IMG/VR virus record: IMGVR_UViG_3300042988_001200
Length of the DNA stretch: 64,000 nt
Source: a virus
Taxonomy: Duplodnaviria; Caudoviricetes
Strand: one strand, 5' to 3'
Shown here in pieces: positions 49,194 through 61,000 of the stretch. Position 1 is the first letter of the stretch; each line of letters starts with the position of its first letter. Made by a program: the position numbers and the translations under genes. Below the pieces are notes generated by a model, which saw only the letters and a program-made list of their open reading frames with translations, did not search any database and was not told where the DNA came from.

Positions 49194-50009
49194 ATGGCTT
49201 GGAAAGATACTTATTCACAATATACAGATTCACTTTATTGCTCTCCAGTTAATAATACGGGTCTAGACCCATTACAGGGCTTTGACTTCTTTGTATGGGT
49301 ACAGGATGTATGTACTGGTAAAGTAGCATGGTTTGGTCTATTTCAATCTCTTACATTAAGTATTAGAGATGCTACAGAGACATATCTAGAGTTGGGTCAG
49401 AGATTACCCATTCACCTTAATGGTGAAATTCAGATAGCCTGGGTATTAGAACAAGGTCTAGTAGATATGAACTTTGTAGAAAGAGCCTTTGGTACTAGTT
49501 GTCTTAGAAGAGACATGTATATTACCAGAGGTCCTAGATTTCAAATATCCTTTGATGCCAATGCTCAAGAATTAGAGAACTTTAATACAGGAAATGTGGT
49601 TGGTAAATTAGATAGAGGAAATACAGGGGGTCAAGGAACAGGTGGTACAGGATTAATTTCTAGACAAGGCTCAGATGAATACTTTAGTTTTCCAGAGGCT
49701 GCCTATGCTACTAGAAATGGGGGACCTGATGCTGGTAAGAAAGGTCCTACAGCGGTAGGTAGATATGATGTACTTAGATGTAAACTAGATTCTATATCCA
49801 TTGGTATTATGCCCGGAAGAAGAGTAGTAGCTGTTAGATGGGAAGGTGTAGCTGAAGGTATATGCTTTGTACCAACTAGTGTTCAGACATTTAAAACTGA
49901 TAGAGCCAGATTGGGTAATGCTTCTTCTGGTAACTTTGTTAATGGTATTGACTTTGCTAATGGAGCTCCTGGGGCTCTTACTACTATGACTGCTGGAGCA
50001 AGTCAATAA
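49194..50009 (+). CDS. Tail tube protein
   Basis: Follows the sheath gene; DPLQGFDFFVWV...GLFQSL...ETYLELG...GEIQIAWVLEQG. Confidence 0.8.
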   Translation: MAWKDTYSQYTDSLYCSPVNNTGLDPLQGFDFFVWVQDVCTGKVAWFGLFQSLTLSIRDATETYLELGQRLPIHLNGEIQIAWVLEQGLVDMNFVERAFGTSCLRRDMYITRGPRFQISFDANAQELENFNTGNVVGKLDRGNTGGQGTGGTGLISRQGSDEYFSFPEAAYATRNGGPDAGKKGPTAVGRYDVLRCKLDSISIGIMPGRRVVAVRWEGVAEGICFVPTSVQTFKTDRARLGNASSGNFVNGIDFANGAPGALTTMTAGASQ

Positions 50010-50026
50010 CCCCAACCTATTAATTT

Positions 50027-50068
50027 AAAAAGCTATCTTATCTATTAGAATAAATAAGATAGCTTTTT
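50027..50068 (+). terminator. Intrinsic terminator after the tube gene
   Basis: AAAAAGCTATCTTAT...ATAAGATAGCTTTTT. Confidence 0.75.
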
Positions 50069-50074
50069 ATTTAT

Positions 50075-52081
50075 ATGAAACAATATAATCCAAATTGTTC
50101 AGTACCTGCTGCTGCCATTACATATGCTGGTGGGTTAACAGGTAATCAACCTATACTCTTTACCACTCAATACGGGCATGTAGATACAGGAGTTGGTCCT
50201 AGTGGTACAAAGGAGGATAAGTATGCAGATAGACCCCTAGAATGGGCTATTAACTATATAAAGGTTACTATAGTAAGGGACTGGAGTAGTTCTATAGCTA
50301 ATATCATGTTAACTTCTAGTATCCCCTCTAACCTATGTGATTGTCCTCCATTACCTAATCTATCTAAGATAAGAGGTGGTAACTACCCTTATCTAACAGT
50401 AGAGGATGAAATACGTATATACATGGGTTTTATAGGGGCAGTAGGTCAACCTATAACGGCTGATATGTTAGATGAGATACCAGTAGACCTATGTCCAGAG
50501 GGAGTGGAATGTGGGATACCTAGTGGTGAATCCTTTAAGCAAGACCCTAATAAACCCTTATGTCCTGTATTCTGGGGCTTTATAGATAACATCTCAGTAT
50601 CCGCTGATATTAAGTCTGGATATAGAGTTCTTATTCAATGTAGAGATAGAACCAGGGTCTTTAGTGATACTAAGATAATCTCTATCCCAGCTCTCTCAGG
50701 TAGAAGTAGAAACCTAACAGATAAAGGGGTTAAGACAGGTTTAGCTGATGGTAGAAGAGAGGACATTCTTATACAAGTAGCTAGAGCTGCTACTGGTAGA
50801 CTATTTGACTCTACTGGTAATGTTCTATATCAATCTACTAGTAAGGATGGTAAATCAGATACATGTTGGAAACCTGTAATAGGGGGTTCTGATTTATTAG
50901 AGGAGAATAAGTATCAGCCAGGGTGGGGGGAGTCAGGAGTTCAGTACAAGCCTTCAGAGTTAGGGGTTATGAGGTATACAGGGTTTGAGGGGGATGTAGT
51001 AAGTGGGTTAACTAGAGTATCTCCACCAGAGGACCCAGCTTTATGGATAAGAGAGGCTATGTTTAAGATTATGCTTCCTTATTCAGAGCCTAGGTTCCAT
51101 ATGTGGGTACAGAGACCTCCCTTAGTAGCAGTGGCAGGAGCTGCTGTATTTCAGATAAAGGAAAAAACCCCCATAGAAGTAATGACCTTTCTAGCTAATT
51201 CAGAGGAGAGACCTACTGACTTCTATGCTTCTCATGTTAATGGGGATTTTATATTTGCACCTAGGATGTTAGATACTAGTGGATTCTATGACCCTAATAG
51301 ATTCTATAGAACCTATTTCTATAATAGTTACCCCAGGACTTTATCTAGTAATCCCCCCTCCCCTAATCAGATGATAATAAGCATGAGGTCTGTAACTTCA
51401 TCTCTAGCAGCCTTTAATAGATATGTTCTTATAGATGCTACTACAGAAGGAGCTTCTAATGCTTTCCTAGATAAGCTAGTTCTATCAATGGAAACTACCC
51501 CTTGGTCTTTAGATGATAGAGATGTTAAACCTCCTTGTAGAGTTCAGATTATCTATGATGGTAATTTAACAGCTTATGGTAATGAGGACTATCAACAAGC
51601 GGGTGCAGCTATTACTGTAGCTCTATCTCATGCTAGAACTTGGTCTAAGGAGTTACAGGGTATACAAATAACTATAATGGGAGACCCCACTCTATATCCT
51701 AATGAAGCTATAAGAGTTTATAATACAGTTCTCCATGATTATGCTACTAGCTTTAATCCTGGTACAGTAGAGAGTCAACAAGTAGCTGTAGATAATTTAG
51801 CTAGAGTAGAGAGCTTGTTTAATGATGAGGAGTTTGTTAAGAAGGTTATGACTCTTTCCTCTAATAAGAAATATAAACTAGATAACTTTGATAGTCAACA
51901 GGCTAAGACCTTAAAGGATGAGGCTAATGCCCTTTTTAATAGTCATATGATTCAATCTAATAAAGACCCAGATAACCTTATTCTACCTGTCTATAAGATA
52001 AGGTCTGTACAACATACTCTATCAGTAACAGGTAACTCCCCAGGCTTCTTTACTAAATTAGAATGTATAGGGGATTATTGA
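50075..52081 (+). CDS. Baseplate hub / tail protein (gp27/gp44-like)
   Basis: VFWGFIDNIS...VLIQCRDRTRVF, IQITIMGDPTLYPNEAIRV, YKIRSVQHTL...GFFTKL. Confidence 0.7.
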   Translation: MKQYNPNCSVPAAAITYAGGLTGNQPILFTTQYGHVDTGVGPSGTKEDKYADRPLEWAINYIKVTIVRDWSSSIANIMLTSSIPSNLCDCPPLPNLSKIRGGNYPYLTVEDEIRIYMGFIGAVGQPITADMLDEIPVDLCPEGVECGIPSGESFKQDPNKPLCPVFWGFIDNISVSADIKSGYRVLIQCRDRTRVFSDTKIISIPALSGRSRNLTDKGVKTGLADGRREDILIQVARAATGRLFDSTGNVLYQSTSKDGKSDTCWKPVIGGSDLLEENKYQPGWGESGVQYKPSELGVMRYTGFEGDVVSGLTRVSPPEDPALWIREAMFKIMLPYSEPRFHMWVQRPPLVAVAGAAVFQIKEKTPIEVMTFLANSEERPTDFYASHVNGDFIFAPRMLDTSGFYDPNRFYRTYFYNSYPRTLSSNPPSPNQMIISMRSVTSSLAAFNRYVLIDATTEGASNAFLDKLVLSMETTPWSLDDRDVKPPCRVQIIYDGNLTAYGNEDYQQAGAAITVALSHARTWSKELQGIQITIMGDPTLYPNEAIRVYNTVLHDYATSFNPGTVESQQVAVDNLARVESLFNDEEFVKKVMTLSSNKKYKLDNFDSQQAKTLKDEANALFNSHMIQSNKDPDNLILPVYKIRSVQHTLSVTGNSPGFFTKLECIGDY

Positions 52082-52113
52082 TAGTATATAAAGGATATAT
52101 ATAAATAATAATT

Positions 52114-54750
52114 ATGTATAACGATGATGGAGAGTTAGGAAGAAGAAGGCAGTATAACAATAGGATGGAGAGTTCTACTAAAGCTGTAAGGGGTAACTTT
52201 GAGATTCTATATGGGAAGATAGTGGGACTTATAGGCGCTGAGAGTTATGAACATAAAGGGTTTAACTATCAAGTAGAGCTTATAGATACAGGACAGTATA
52301 TTTTATGTAGAAGGTTACTACCCTATGCTTCATATGAGGGAGTAGGAGTTTATCATCCAATGGAGGTAGGAGACCCTGTAGTAGTAGCTGTTAAGAATGG
52401 GGTTATGAGAGATGGGTTGATACTAGGCTCTTTTTTTACAGAAGGTAACTACGAAGAGTTCTATGTAGATGGATTAGGTGGAGAACCCACTCAATATAAT
52501 CAGGGGACTCTAAGACAGATGGAGAATAATGCTCCTAGTGTTCATCCTAATAGAGTGGCTCAGCCAGACTCCTTCTTTCATATAGTAGGGGGAAAGAATG
52601 TATTAGAGGCATTCCATGACCCCTCTCTTACTGATGGAAGTATAGATAAAAGGGCTCTTAAAAGGAATCAACCTGTATCCATAGAACTAAAGAATAGATT
52701 AGGAGACTGGTCTCAATGGGTTTCTGGGGATGCTATTATCTACTCAGACCAGGCTATTATTCTTGCTTCTAGTATGAGTGGAGCTTCTATTTGTAAGAAG
52801 CAAAAGGAGATGGTAGAGTATTATGAACAAATGGCTAAGGACTTAGAATCCTATCTATCCGATAGTAGGTCCTATTCCCCTATTGATTTATCTCAGGGGG
52901 TAACAGGTTTAATATCTGTTACTACAGAGGGGAATATTCCTTTAACAAGTGAGTTAGATGAGGATAAGAGGGTAAAGATTAATAAATCAAAGGAGCATAG
53001 GTTAAGAAGATATATAAATGGGTATGAGAATCCAGACTTTCTACAATGGGCCCCTTTTATTGAATATCATTTAGTAGAGATAAAGAGGTTAGCAGAGGAG
53101 GCTAGAAAGGGGTTAACTAATTGTAAGGAGAGTGAGTATTTAGTTAATAGAGAAACAGAGGTTAGTAAAGAAATAAATAAAGAACTACCCTCTAATGACC
53201 AATGTCAGGTTCTATCAGATAATGGTGCAATAGATGATAAGTATATAGAGTCATTAGCTGAGCATTCTATATGTAAGAAAGGGAATACTAAACACTATCC
53301 TTATGTAAAGTGGAAGGCTAATAAAGAAGACTTAGTTAAGTTAGATAGTCTAGCTATTAAGGGTAAAGAAGAAAGGTTAATTCATAAGGATATAGTTACT
53401 CCTTTAAAAGAACTCTTTGATAAAGCTAAGAAAGTTGGTATTAATCTAGCAGCTACTTCTAGTTATAGAGATGAAGATACTTTAGAAGATTCAAATAAAA
53501 GAACTTGTACAGACCTTGATGAGACCTCTATCAAATCAGTTGCCCCTTATACTCATAGTGAGCATATAACTGGTTATGCTCTGGATATTGTAGATAGAGA
53601 TGATGCAAGTACCCATTCCTTAGATAGTAAGGTAAATAGTAAAGCCTGGGAGTGGTTAGGTAAGAACTTAAAGGATTCGGACTTTGAGTTGTCATTCCCT
53701 AAAGATAATAAACAGGGAGTAAACTATGAACCTTGGCATATTAGATATATAGGAGATAAGCTCCCTAAGTTCTTAGCAGTAATGTTTGCCTATACAAGGG
53801 GTAACACTGATTTAATTAAGGAGTTAGTAGGTAAGTTATGTAAAGATAGACCCCCAGAGTCTAACTCTAATACTAATAAAGGGAAAGATAGAAGTGATTT
53901 AGATATTGATTTACTTATAGATAAGGTCACTAAGGCTAATCCTACTCTAGTCTCTGATAAGACTGGGATTCATTCTTTTGGAGTAATAGGTAAAAAGACT
54001 TTTTTATCTAAGAAAGCTAAAGAGAGTATAGGTCCAGCATCTATTATTAAGTTGAATATAGCTCTAGCCTTTGATAGTTTGATGAAAGGAACTCCTTTAA
54101 CTCAATTAAAAAGAAAGTTTGATATAAGTAAATTTCCCATTGAGGTTATAGCTGAGGGAGACTCTTTTAATGGTAGGTCTGTATTCCTTTTAGAGAATCT
54201 AGTAGAAGCTATGTTAAAAGATAGTTCTAATACTGCAACTAATATTCTTTTTCTTTTATTAGGGGAAAGAGATGATGGTAGGGGTAACTCTGTATTTAAT
54301 AGAGATAAGTCTAATGAAACTCTAAAGGGAACTAGTCCTTCTACTGAGTTTAATAGGTTATTATCTTCTACTAGTGAAGCCGAAAAAGCTAAGGATACTA
54401 CCAATAAATCTACAACGGAGGATGCCCTTAATGCTATGTATAAACTAGCTATATCTAATGTTCCATTAACTAAGGAGATTAGTATTCCCGCATTAGGGGA
54501 AGCCGAGAGACCTTCTGGATTACAGAAAGTAGAGCTTAATAAGATAGGTTGGAATAGTTATGCTAGTGGTAATGTTTGTTTATATAAAGGTAAGAAAGGA
54601 AGGTTTGTTATAGGTGGATTTACTAACTATGACCCATCTAAAGAAACAGACTATGACTTAAAACTATTAACTCAGGCTTCTAATTTAGCTATTAAAGCTC
54701 TAGAAAGTGGTATTGAATATATAGAACAAATGGAGATAGAGGGATTTTAA
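52114..54750 (+). CDS. Spike-base (gpV/gp5 OB-fold) protein fused to an M15B D,D-peptidase and a serine beta-lactamase/PBP-like domain
   Basis: N-terminal GVGVYHPMEVGDPVVVA...GLILGSF. M15B motifs TSSYRD, SEHITGYALDI and YEPWHIRYIG. Serine-hydrolase motifs PASIIK (SxxK), DSSN (SxN) and KIG (KTG-like). Confidence 0.82.
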   Translation: MYNDDGELGRRRQYNNRMESSTKAVRGNFEILYGKIVGLIGAESYEHKGFNYQVELIDTGQYILCRRLLPYASYEGVGVYHPMEVGDPVVVAVKNGVMRDGLILGSFFTEGNYEEFYVDGLGGEPTQYNQGTLRQMENNAPSVHPNRVAQPDSFFHIVGGKNVLEAFHDPSLTDGSIDKRALKRNQPVSIELKNRLGDWSQWVSGDAIIYSDQAIILASSMSGASICKKQKEMVEYYEQMAKDLESYLSDSRSYSPIDLSQGVTGLISVTTEGNIPLTSELDEDKRVKINKSKEHRLRRYINGYENPDFLQWAPFIEYHLVEIKRLAEEARKGLTNCKESEYLVNRETEVSKEINKELPSNDQCQVLSDNGAIDDKYIESLAEHSICKKGNTKHYPYVKWKANKEDLVKLDSLAIKGKEERLIHKDIVTPLKELFDKAKKVGINLAATSSYRDEDTLEDSNKRTCTDLDETSIKSVAPYTHSEHITGYALDIVDRDDASTHSLDSKVNSKAWEWLGKNLKDSDFELSFPKDNKQGVNYEPWHIRYIGDKLPKFLAVMFAYTRGNTDLIKELVGKLCKDRPPESNSNTNKGKDRSDLDIDLLIDKVTKANPTLVSDKTGIHSFGVIGKKTFLSKKAKESIGPASIIKLNIALAFDSLMKGTPLTQLKRKFDISKFPIEVIAEGDSFNGRSVFLLENLVEAMLKDSSNTATNILFLLLGERDDGRGNSVFNRDKSNETLKGTSPSTEFNRLLSSTSEAEKAKDTTNKSTTEDALNAMYKLAISNVPLTKEISIPALGEAERPSGLQKVELNKIGWNSYASGNVCLYKGKKGRFVIGGFTNYDPSKETDYDLKLLTQASNLAIKALESGIEYIEQMEIEGF

Positions 54751-54752
54751 TT

Positions 54753-55220
54753 ATGAAATATAAACTATTAGTTGTTATACATGAGTCTTTAATAACCTTT
54801 GAAGAAGTGTTAGAACTAGTGCAAAGTTCTAATATTCAGGGGACATATCATTCATTTATTAGAAGAGATGGAGAGATTATTTATTTAGAGGAGTCTACTA
54901 AGAATGTAAATGCAGCTATGGAATCTTCTTTTAATGGAGAAGAAATACTAGGTTCAGTAGACCCCTTTGCTTATCATATATGTCTAGAAAGTCCTATTAA
55001 CTGTCCTATTAAAGCAAGAGAACATCTAGGATATACAGACCAACAGTATTACTCATTAGCCTGGTTGATAGCTAGTTTAAATCCAGAATCTAATAGGATA
55101 GTTAAACATAAGGATATAGACACTTCTGGAACTATTTATGATCCTAGGAGTTTAGATATTTTAAGGGTTAAGTCTGATATACCCAAGTTCCTAGCTCATG
55201 TTAAACCTATTACTATATAG
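54753..55220 (+). CDS. N-acetylmuramoyl-L-alanine amidase (Amidase_2, cyanobacterial-type)
   Basis: VVIHES, YHSFIRRDGEI.YL, SVDPFAYHICLE, GYTDQQYYSLAWL, HKDID.SG...DPRSL. Confidence 0.82.
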   Translation: MKYKLLVVIHESLITFEEVLELVQSSNIQGTYHSFIRRDGEIIYLEESTKNVNAAMESSFNGEEILGSVDPFAYHICLESPINCPIKAREHLGYTDQQYYSLAWLIASLNPESNRIVKHKDIDTSGTIYDPRSLDILRVKSDIPKFLAHVKPITI

Positions 55221-55222
55221 AT

Positions 55223-56443
55223 ATGAATGTATTTGAAAAGTATAATGCTCTTAGAAGTAATAAATATGTAATAGCTGTACTAAATCTAATATCTTATTAT
55301 GAATCGGGAGGGTATGGTCATAAGGGATTAGAACAGTATCAAGTGTCATGGGGTGGAGTGTTAGTAGATTTAAAGGCTAATGCTCCTAAACACCCTTGGC
55401 CTGGGGGTGGATGTGCTGAGAGTACAGCTCTACCTAGAGCTGTAGGTAGATATCAATTCTGTGGATATGTATGGGATGAGATATTAACTTATCAGGGATT
55501 AGAGAATCTAGATTTTAGTAATCCAGTACACCAGGATGTAGCTGCTATAGCAAGAATGGATGTGTTTAGAAAGAAACTAGACTTAGTTCTAGAAGGTAAA
55601 ATGCTAGAGGCTATTATAGGTACTGATGTAGAAGCAGATGGTCTATCTTGGGAATGGGCAGGTCTACCTCCTGGTAGGTATAGGGAGAATAGAAATGTAC
55701 CAATAGAACCTGCTGAGAGAATGCTAGCTGAGTTCTTAACATCTAAGTTACCCTCTGATGGGGGTGATGGCACTTATAAAGGGGGAGGTTCCTCTAGTAA
55801 TGGAACTAATACAAGTATTAGTTCGGATGGTTTATCTATTTCTACAGGTCCCTCTTCTATCCTAGGATTTAATATAGAAACAATAAGGAGTGAGCTATGT
55901 TATTCTATGAGATTCTGTAAGGTACTAGGAGGATTTGTTCCTACTAAAGCAGAAAGGATTCTAGGAGGCAATCCCTCTTTGAATGGTTCTTTAACAGTTT
56001 TTTCTCCAGGTTCTAATACTGGTTCTACTCCAGGGAAAATGGGTAAGTTTACTCCCAAAGAAGGTTTTATTAATCCTTGTCCTTCTATAGCTATGAATAG
56101 TCCTTTTGGTTGGAGATGGGGAAGAATGCACTGGGGTCTAGACTTTGCAGGGCCTATAGGTACAGATATAATGGCTTCTGCTGATGGTGTGGTGGATGAA
56201 GCTGGATGGAATGATGGGGGTTATGGTAATTGGGTTATTATTGTTCATCAAGATAGTCCTAGAACTGAGACTCTGTATGGTCATATGGACACTACGCCTT
56301 TTGTTAAAAAGGGAGACAAGGTTAAACAAGGTCAGGTTATAGGACCTATGGGTACTACTGGGTTTAGTACAGGACCTCATCTTCATTTTGAAATAAAACT
56401 AAATGGTGAGAAAGTAGACCCAGCCCCTCTTATTGGTTTATAG
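55223..56443 (+). CDS. Lambda-R-like lysozyme/transglycosylase plus M23 peptidase
   Basis: LNLISYYESG, AVGRYQF..YVW, FSNPVHQD.AA; M23 motifs HWGLD, GYGNWV, LYGHM, STGPHLHFE. Confidence 0.9.
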   Translation: MNVFEKYNALRSNKYVIAVLNLISYYESGGYGHKGLEQYQVSWGGVLVDLKANAPKHPWPGGGCAESTALPRAVGRYQFCGYVWDEILTYQGLENLDFSNPVHQDVAAIARMDVFRKKLDLVLEGKMLEAIIGTDVEADGLSWEWAGLPPGRYRENRNVPIEPAERMLAEFLTSKLPSDGGDGTYKGGGSSSNGTNTSISSDGLSISTGPSSILGFNIETIRSELCYSMRFCKVLGGFVPTKAERILGGNPSLNGSLTVFSPGSNTGSTPGKMGKFTPKEGFINPCPSIAMNSPFGWRWGRMHWGLDFAGPIGTDIMASADGVVDEAGWNDGGYGNWVIIVHQDSPRTETLYGHMDTTPFVKKGDKVKQGQVIGPMGTTGFSTGPHLHFEIKLNGEKVDPAPLIGL

Positions 56444-56445
56444 AT

Positions 56446-57015
56446 ATGAAAGAACTTATATTTAAAGAACTTAATTCATCTAGACATTTCTCTACTAGAC
56501 ATATAGATTTCTTATCTCTTCTCCTAGATTCTTCCTATACAAAGGAAGATAAAGAGTTACAAGATGCAAGGTCCTATATCTATATCCTTCTAAATTTAAA
56601 ACCAATAGAAGTTCTTATAGTCTCATATCTAATAGAGAAACAGGATATATTCTACTCTAAATCTAACTCTCTAAACTCTAAATCTATATCTAATCCTATA
56701 TCTAGTATTAGTATTCTTAATGCTATCTTCCTAATTCATAATCAGAAGTTATCTAGTGAGTATATAAGATTAGTTATGTTAGAGGGTTTAACTCTCTCTA
56801 AAGAGTTAGAGATATATGGATATAGAGTTAAGATTCCTTCTATATCTAATTGGAATGGAGGGACTTTCTATAGAGTTATGAGTGATTTAGGTATAGATTA
56901 TGAAGGTAAGAGTAAGATAGATAGTCTAGATTTTATATTAAGAAGGCTAGAATATGAAGAGAAGATTATAAATAATGCTTTAGTTATATATGAAAGATTT
57001 AGAAAATATAGATAA
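56446..57015 (+). CDS. Hypothetical protein
   Basis: 189-aa ORF in the operon. Confidence 0.6.
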   Translation: MKELIFKELNSSRHFSTRHIDFLSLLLDSSYTKEDKELQDARSYIYILLNLKPIEVLIVSYLIEKQDIFYSKSNSLNSKSISNPISSISILNAIFLIHNQKLSSEYIRLVMLEGLTLSKELEIYGYRVKIPSISNWNGGTFYRVMSDLGIDYEGKSKIDSLDFILRRLEYEEKIINNALVIYERFRKYR

Positions 57016-58090
57016 TAATCTATTAGATAAAGAGCTTTTATCTAGAAGAAAGATTAGTTTTTTATATAAAAGATTAGAGGATATTAACAGAATTCATATA
57101 AAGGATACTAATTATCTAGCTACTTCAGATAGATATATATCTATAATTGAGTCATTAGCCATTAGTTTATTAACTATTCCCTGGGATAGAGATGCTAAAT
57201 CTAGAGAGATAACTAGAGCTTCCTCTATTATTCATATGGATTATTTTATTAATAATGACTATTTAGATTTTATTCATAGTAGAAAGATAAACCCTTGGAT
57301 AGGTAAACCTGGAACTTTATTAGGAGAACTACTACTAATGGATAATCTAAATAGCTATCTTAGTATTCACCAAATGTTAGATAAGTGTGTTACCCAGGCT
57401 CTTATTCGTAATAATCTTCAATGGTTTATTAATAGAAAGCTAGATGAAGCTATAGAGGATGAATTATATACAAACATAGAGATTAGATTACAAGTCTTAA
57501 CTAACCAATCCAGATTTATTAAAAGGCTTTCTCAATGGACTCAATCTATTAATTCACTAGATACAAGTAATAAATCCAGTGAGTTAGATGTCATATTACA
57601 GGATATAAAACTCATTCTTTATAGAAATGGATACCAGTATATAGAGGAAGTAGAGAGTGAATCTATATTATTTCTAGACCATTCTTATAATCTTGGACAA
57701 CTTATTAGTGAATTAATAGATAAAAGAAGGAGTATTTCCCTAGGTTTTAATCAACCTTCTAATACTAAAGAGGAGGCTATTATGTTCTTTTTAGAGATAG
57801 TATCTCCATCAATGGATAGATTAATAGTTCAAAAGATAGTAGATGAAGTTAAATCCTTCTTTCTACCAGGAGGTATTGATTATTACTTAGTAGTAATGTC
57901 TGCTCTATATCTGTCTAGAGCTCTAAGTCTATCTATATATACCTCTGATATAAAGAATATTAAGTTTAATTTATATCTAGCTGGCTATCTATTAAGAAAA
58001 AGTAATATAAGAAGTTTAAATATTCTAGGTAATAACTGTTGTTATAGCTCTAGTTTAAAAGATAAAGAACCTATTAGAATACCTCTATGA
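56990..58090 (+). CDS. Hypothetical protein
   Basis: 366-aa helical ORF in the operon. Confidence 0.65.
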   Translation: MKDLENIDNNLLDKELLSRRKISFLYKRLEDINRIHIKDTNYLATSDRYISIIESLAISLLTIPWDRDAKSREITRASSIIHMDYFINNDYLDFIHSRKINPWIGKPGTLLGELLLMDNLNSYLSIHQMLDKCVTQALIRNNLQWFINRKLDEAIEDELYTNIEIRLQVLTNQSRFIKRLSQWTQSINSLDTSNKSSELDVILQDIKLILYRNGYQYIEEVESESILFLDHSYNLGQLISELIDKRRSISLGFNQPSNTKEEAIMFFLEIVSPSMDRLIVQKIVDEVKSFFLPGGIDYYLVVMSALYLSRALSLSIYTSDIKNIKFNLYLAGYLLRKSNIRSLNILGNNCCYSSSLKDKEPIRIPL

Positions 58091-61000
58091 CCACTCCAAA
58101 ACCCACAGAGACTAATAAAGAAGTAGCTCCTAAAGAAGTAGCTAAAGATACAGATAAGACTTTAAAAGAAGAGAAGGCTAATACTGATAAGGAAACAGAT
58201 AAAGCAGAGGAGACAGTAGAAAGTAGTAATACTAAGAAGAGAAAACTATTACCAGCTAATATCCTTACAGAGCCTAGGTTATTAATGAATGGGGGTACTC
58301 CTCAGACAGAGACTCTTAATGTAGTAGAGGAGGTTACTGTTAAGGTACAACAAACAGCAGAGGCTAAGGCTAAGGCTGCTAGTAAAGTGTCAAAGGAGAA
58401 GAGTTTTCCATCCCAATTAGGTACAACTCTAATTGAGATGACTAAGAGTTTATTTAACTATCAAAGGTTATTTACTTATGAACCTAATATAGAGAAACTT
58501 AATCAGGCTGCCCTTAATACTAATGAGGGTAATACCACATCTATAGTCTCTAATAAGGGTATACAGATATCATCAGCCTCGTCCTTGGATTTGTCTAGTC
58601 TTACAGCTAGTTCTGTCCATGCTCCAATGGTTATAACCAATAGCTCTACTACCTATAATAAAAGTGAGGCTTTCTACTCTCTAGGTAATACTAATCAGAG
58701 TAGATATGAGCTGTCATATAACCAGAGTAATAAGTTTATTAATACAGGTAAACATAATCTAGATATATTCTCTCTATCAGAAGATAAGAGTCGAAACAAG
58801 ATTCTAGAAGCTACTATTGATTATAGTGAGACCTCCCCCTCTATATCTAGATATTCATCTACTGATAACACCCTAACAGATAATCATAAGTTACAGGTAG
58901 CAGAGGACTCTTTATATCAAACTCAGACAGGCTCTATAGTTATAGCTAATGGAAGACCTATAGCTGATAACATTCCCTCCCTTTTATCTTTTCCTATTAC
59001 TGGTATTAACCCTAATCAAAGTCTTATGGTTATAGGAGAGGGTACTATAACTACTAACTCCTCTAAACAAATAAAGAATACTGTACCTAGAATGACCTCT
59101 GTAGGTAAGTTTATAGAGAATATAGCTAAGGATAAGGCTGTGACTCTTACAGACCTACATAATGTATATTCTGACACCTCTGTTATTCTAGGGAATAAGG
59201 GATTTATATCTGGTACTACTCTTAAATCAGCTACCACTCTTATAGGTAAATTCACCTTCTTGGGAGGATTTCTAAGTGCTGTCTATACAGGTAAATCTCT
59301 TATATCTATTGCTAAGAACGTTTTATCTAAAGTAGAAATACCTATTAAACTCCCTATTCCCCCTTTACCATCTAAGCCTAAAGGATATGACTCTAAGGAT
59401 ATAGATGATTGTATTCCTAAAAGTCAGAAAGAAGAGGATGAGATTGTAGAGGATTATCATAATCAACCTATAGACCCTACTCTATACTATGTTCCTTATT
59501 TAGGGGATTTAGAGGAGTATGAAAGTCTAGGAGATACTGTCCCTAAACTCTTTATCCTTAGAAGGAATCTTAGAAGAGTTGATAGAGAAGTAAATAAGGT
59601 AAGTAAAGAGATATTAAAGTATAAGGCTTATAGTTCTCAGTTTAATGAACTAATACAAATAAAGGTAGATTTAGACCTTAGATTTGTAGGGATAATTAAT
59701 AAAATAAGAGCTTTAGAAGCTAAGTTAAGAGCTTTGGGTATAGATACAGAACAGTTTGAGTTTAGTGAGCCTACCCTAGATTCTGTAATTCTCTATGATA
59801 ATAATGATGCTCCTATAGATGCTGGTATAGATACAGAAAGAAGGGTTTCTATACCTCCTAGTAATAGAGAGGATTCTACTACTCCTCTAGAGGAACAACC
59901 TTCTAGGAGTTCTACTACAGGAGATAATTCTAATGAAGAGAGCGAGGACTATCAACAGTATAGAAAGAATAGAGATACTCTTCCTTCCTTGGAACAGGAT
60001 GCTTATAAAAAAGAGAAGGAGTTATCTTCTAATAAATCTACAGGTAATACTGTTCAAGCTAGTGAGGAGAGTGGTTCCTTAAGTAGTTCAGCCTTTACTA
60101 CTAGAACTACTTCTCTAAGATATGAACTTAGTTCTAAGAGGGAGATAAAGGGTATAGAGAGTAGTAAGAAACCATCACTAGCCCCAGGCTCTTATTTAAA
60201 TCTTTTTAGTCAGGATGTAGAAGATACTGATGAAGAGAAGCAAGAAACAGAGAATAACTCTATATCTACTCTAGGGGCCTTTGAGAAACTATCTTTATCT
60301 ATATTTACAAAGGCTGTGGATGAGTTAGATAGCTTAACAGACCTTGATAAACAATTACTAAAAGAGAAAGGAGATGCCATTATTAAAGAGATACAAAGGA
60401 GTAAATCCTTTAAAGGTATAGCTACTGCATTAGGTCTAGATAAGAAATATGATGAGGTTATAGAAGGTCTAGATAAACAATTAACTAATCATATAGGAGC
60501 GGGCTTCCTTTGTTTATTAGATAAAGGTATATCTAAGGCTAAAGGGGCTAGTAATAGATATATTAATAATCTAGAGAGGATACAAGATATTGTAGTAAAT
60601 ATACCTAATAGAGGCGTAGAGTCAGGAGAGGACTTTGGTAGAGACCTATTATTTACTCTTAATAAATCTCAAGACCCTATAGGAGATATTAAGAAAGTGT
60701 TTACTCGTTCTCTTATAAGGAAGTATGGTTTAACCCCTGGTATTAACCCTTCTATTCCAGACCCCTATAGTGGTTTATATAAGACTCAGAAGGCTATAGA
60801 TGGGGATTTAAGGAATATAGAAAGTCTTGTATCTAGTCTAGTAGAGGACATTATTAAGGATAAAGAGGTTGTTATAGAGGCTTATGATGAACATGTTAGA
60901 CCTCTAGTTAAAGATGTAGTAGATACTTATAAAGAAAAAGGGTTTAGTGGTTTAGTCTCTAGAGTTACTCAGGATACAGAAACTAAAGAGTTTATAAAGA

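Noticed and set aside
53940-54750. Antibiotic-resistance beta-lactamase gene
   Set aside because: It is the C-terminal domain of a spike fusion among wall hydrolases, with no signal peptide. A peptidoglycan-related role is more plausible.
38253-59255. Minus-strand ORFs 38253, 38622, 39318, 41561, 46887, 49785, 54102, 55492, 56138, 59016
   Set aside because: They are shadows or overlaps of genes with clear motifs.
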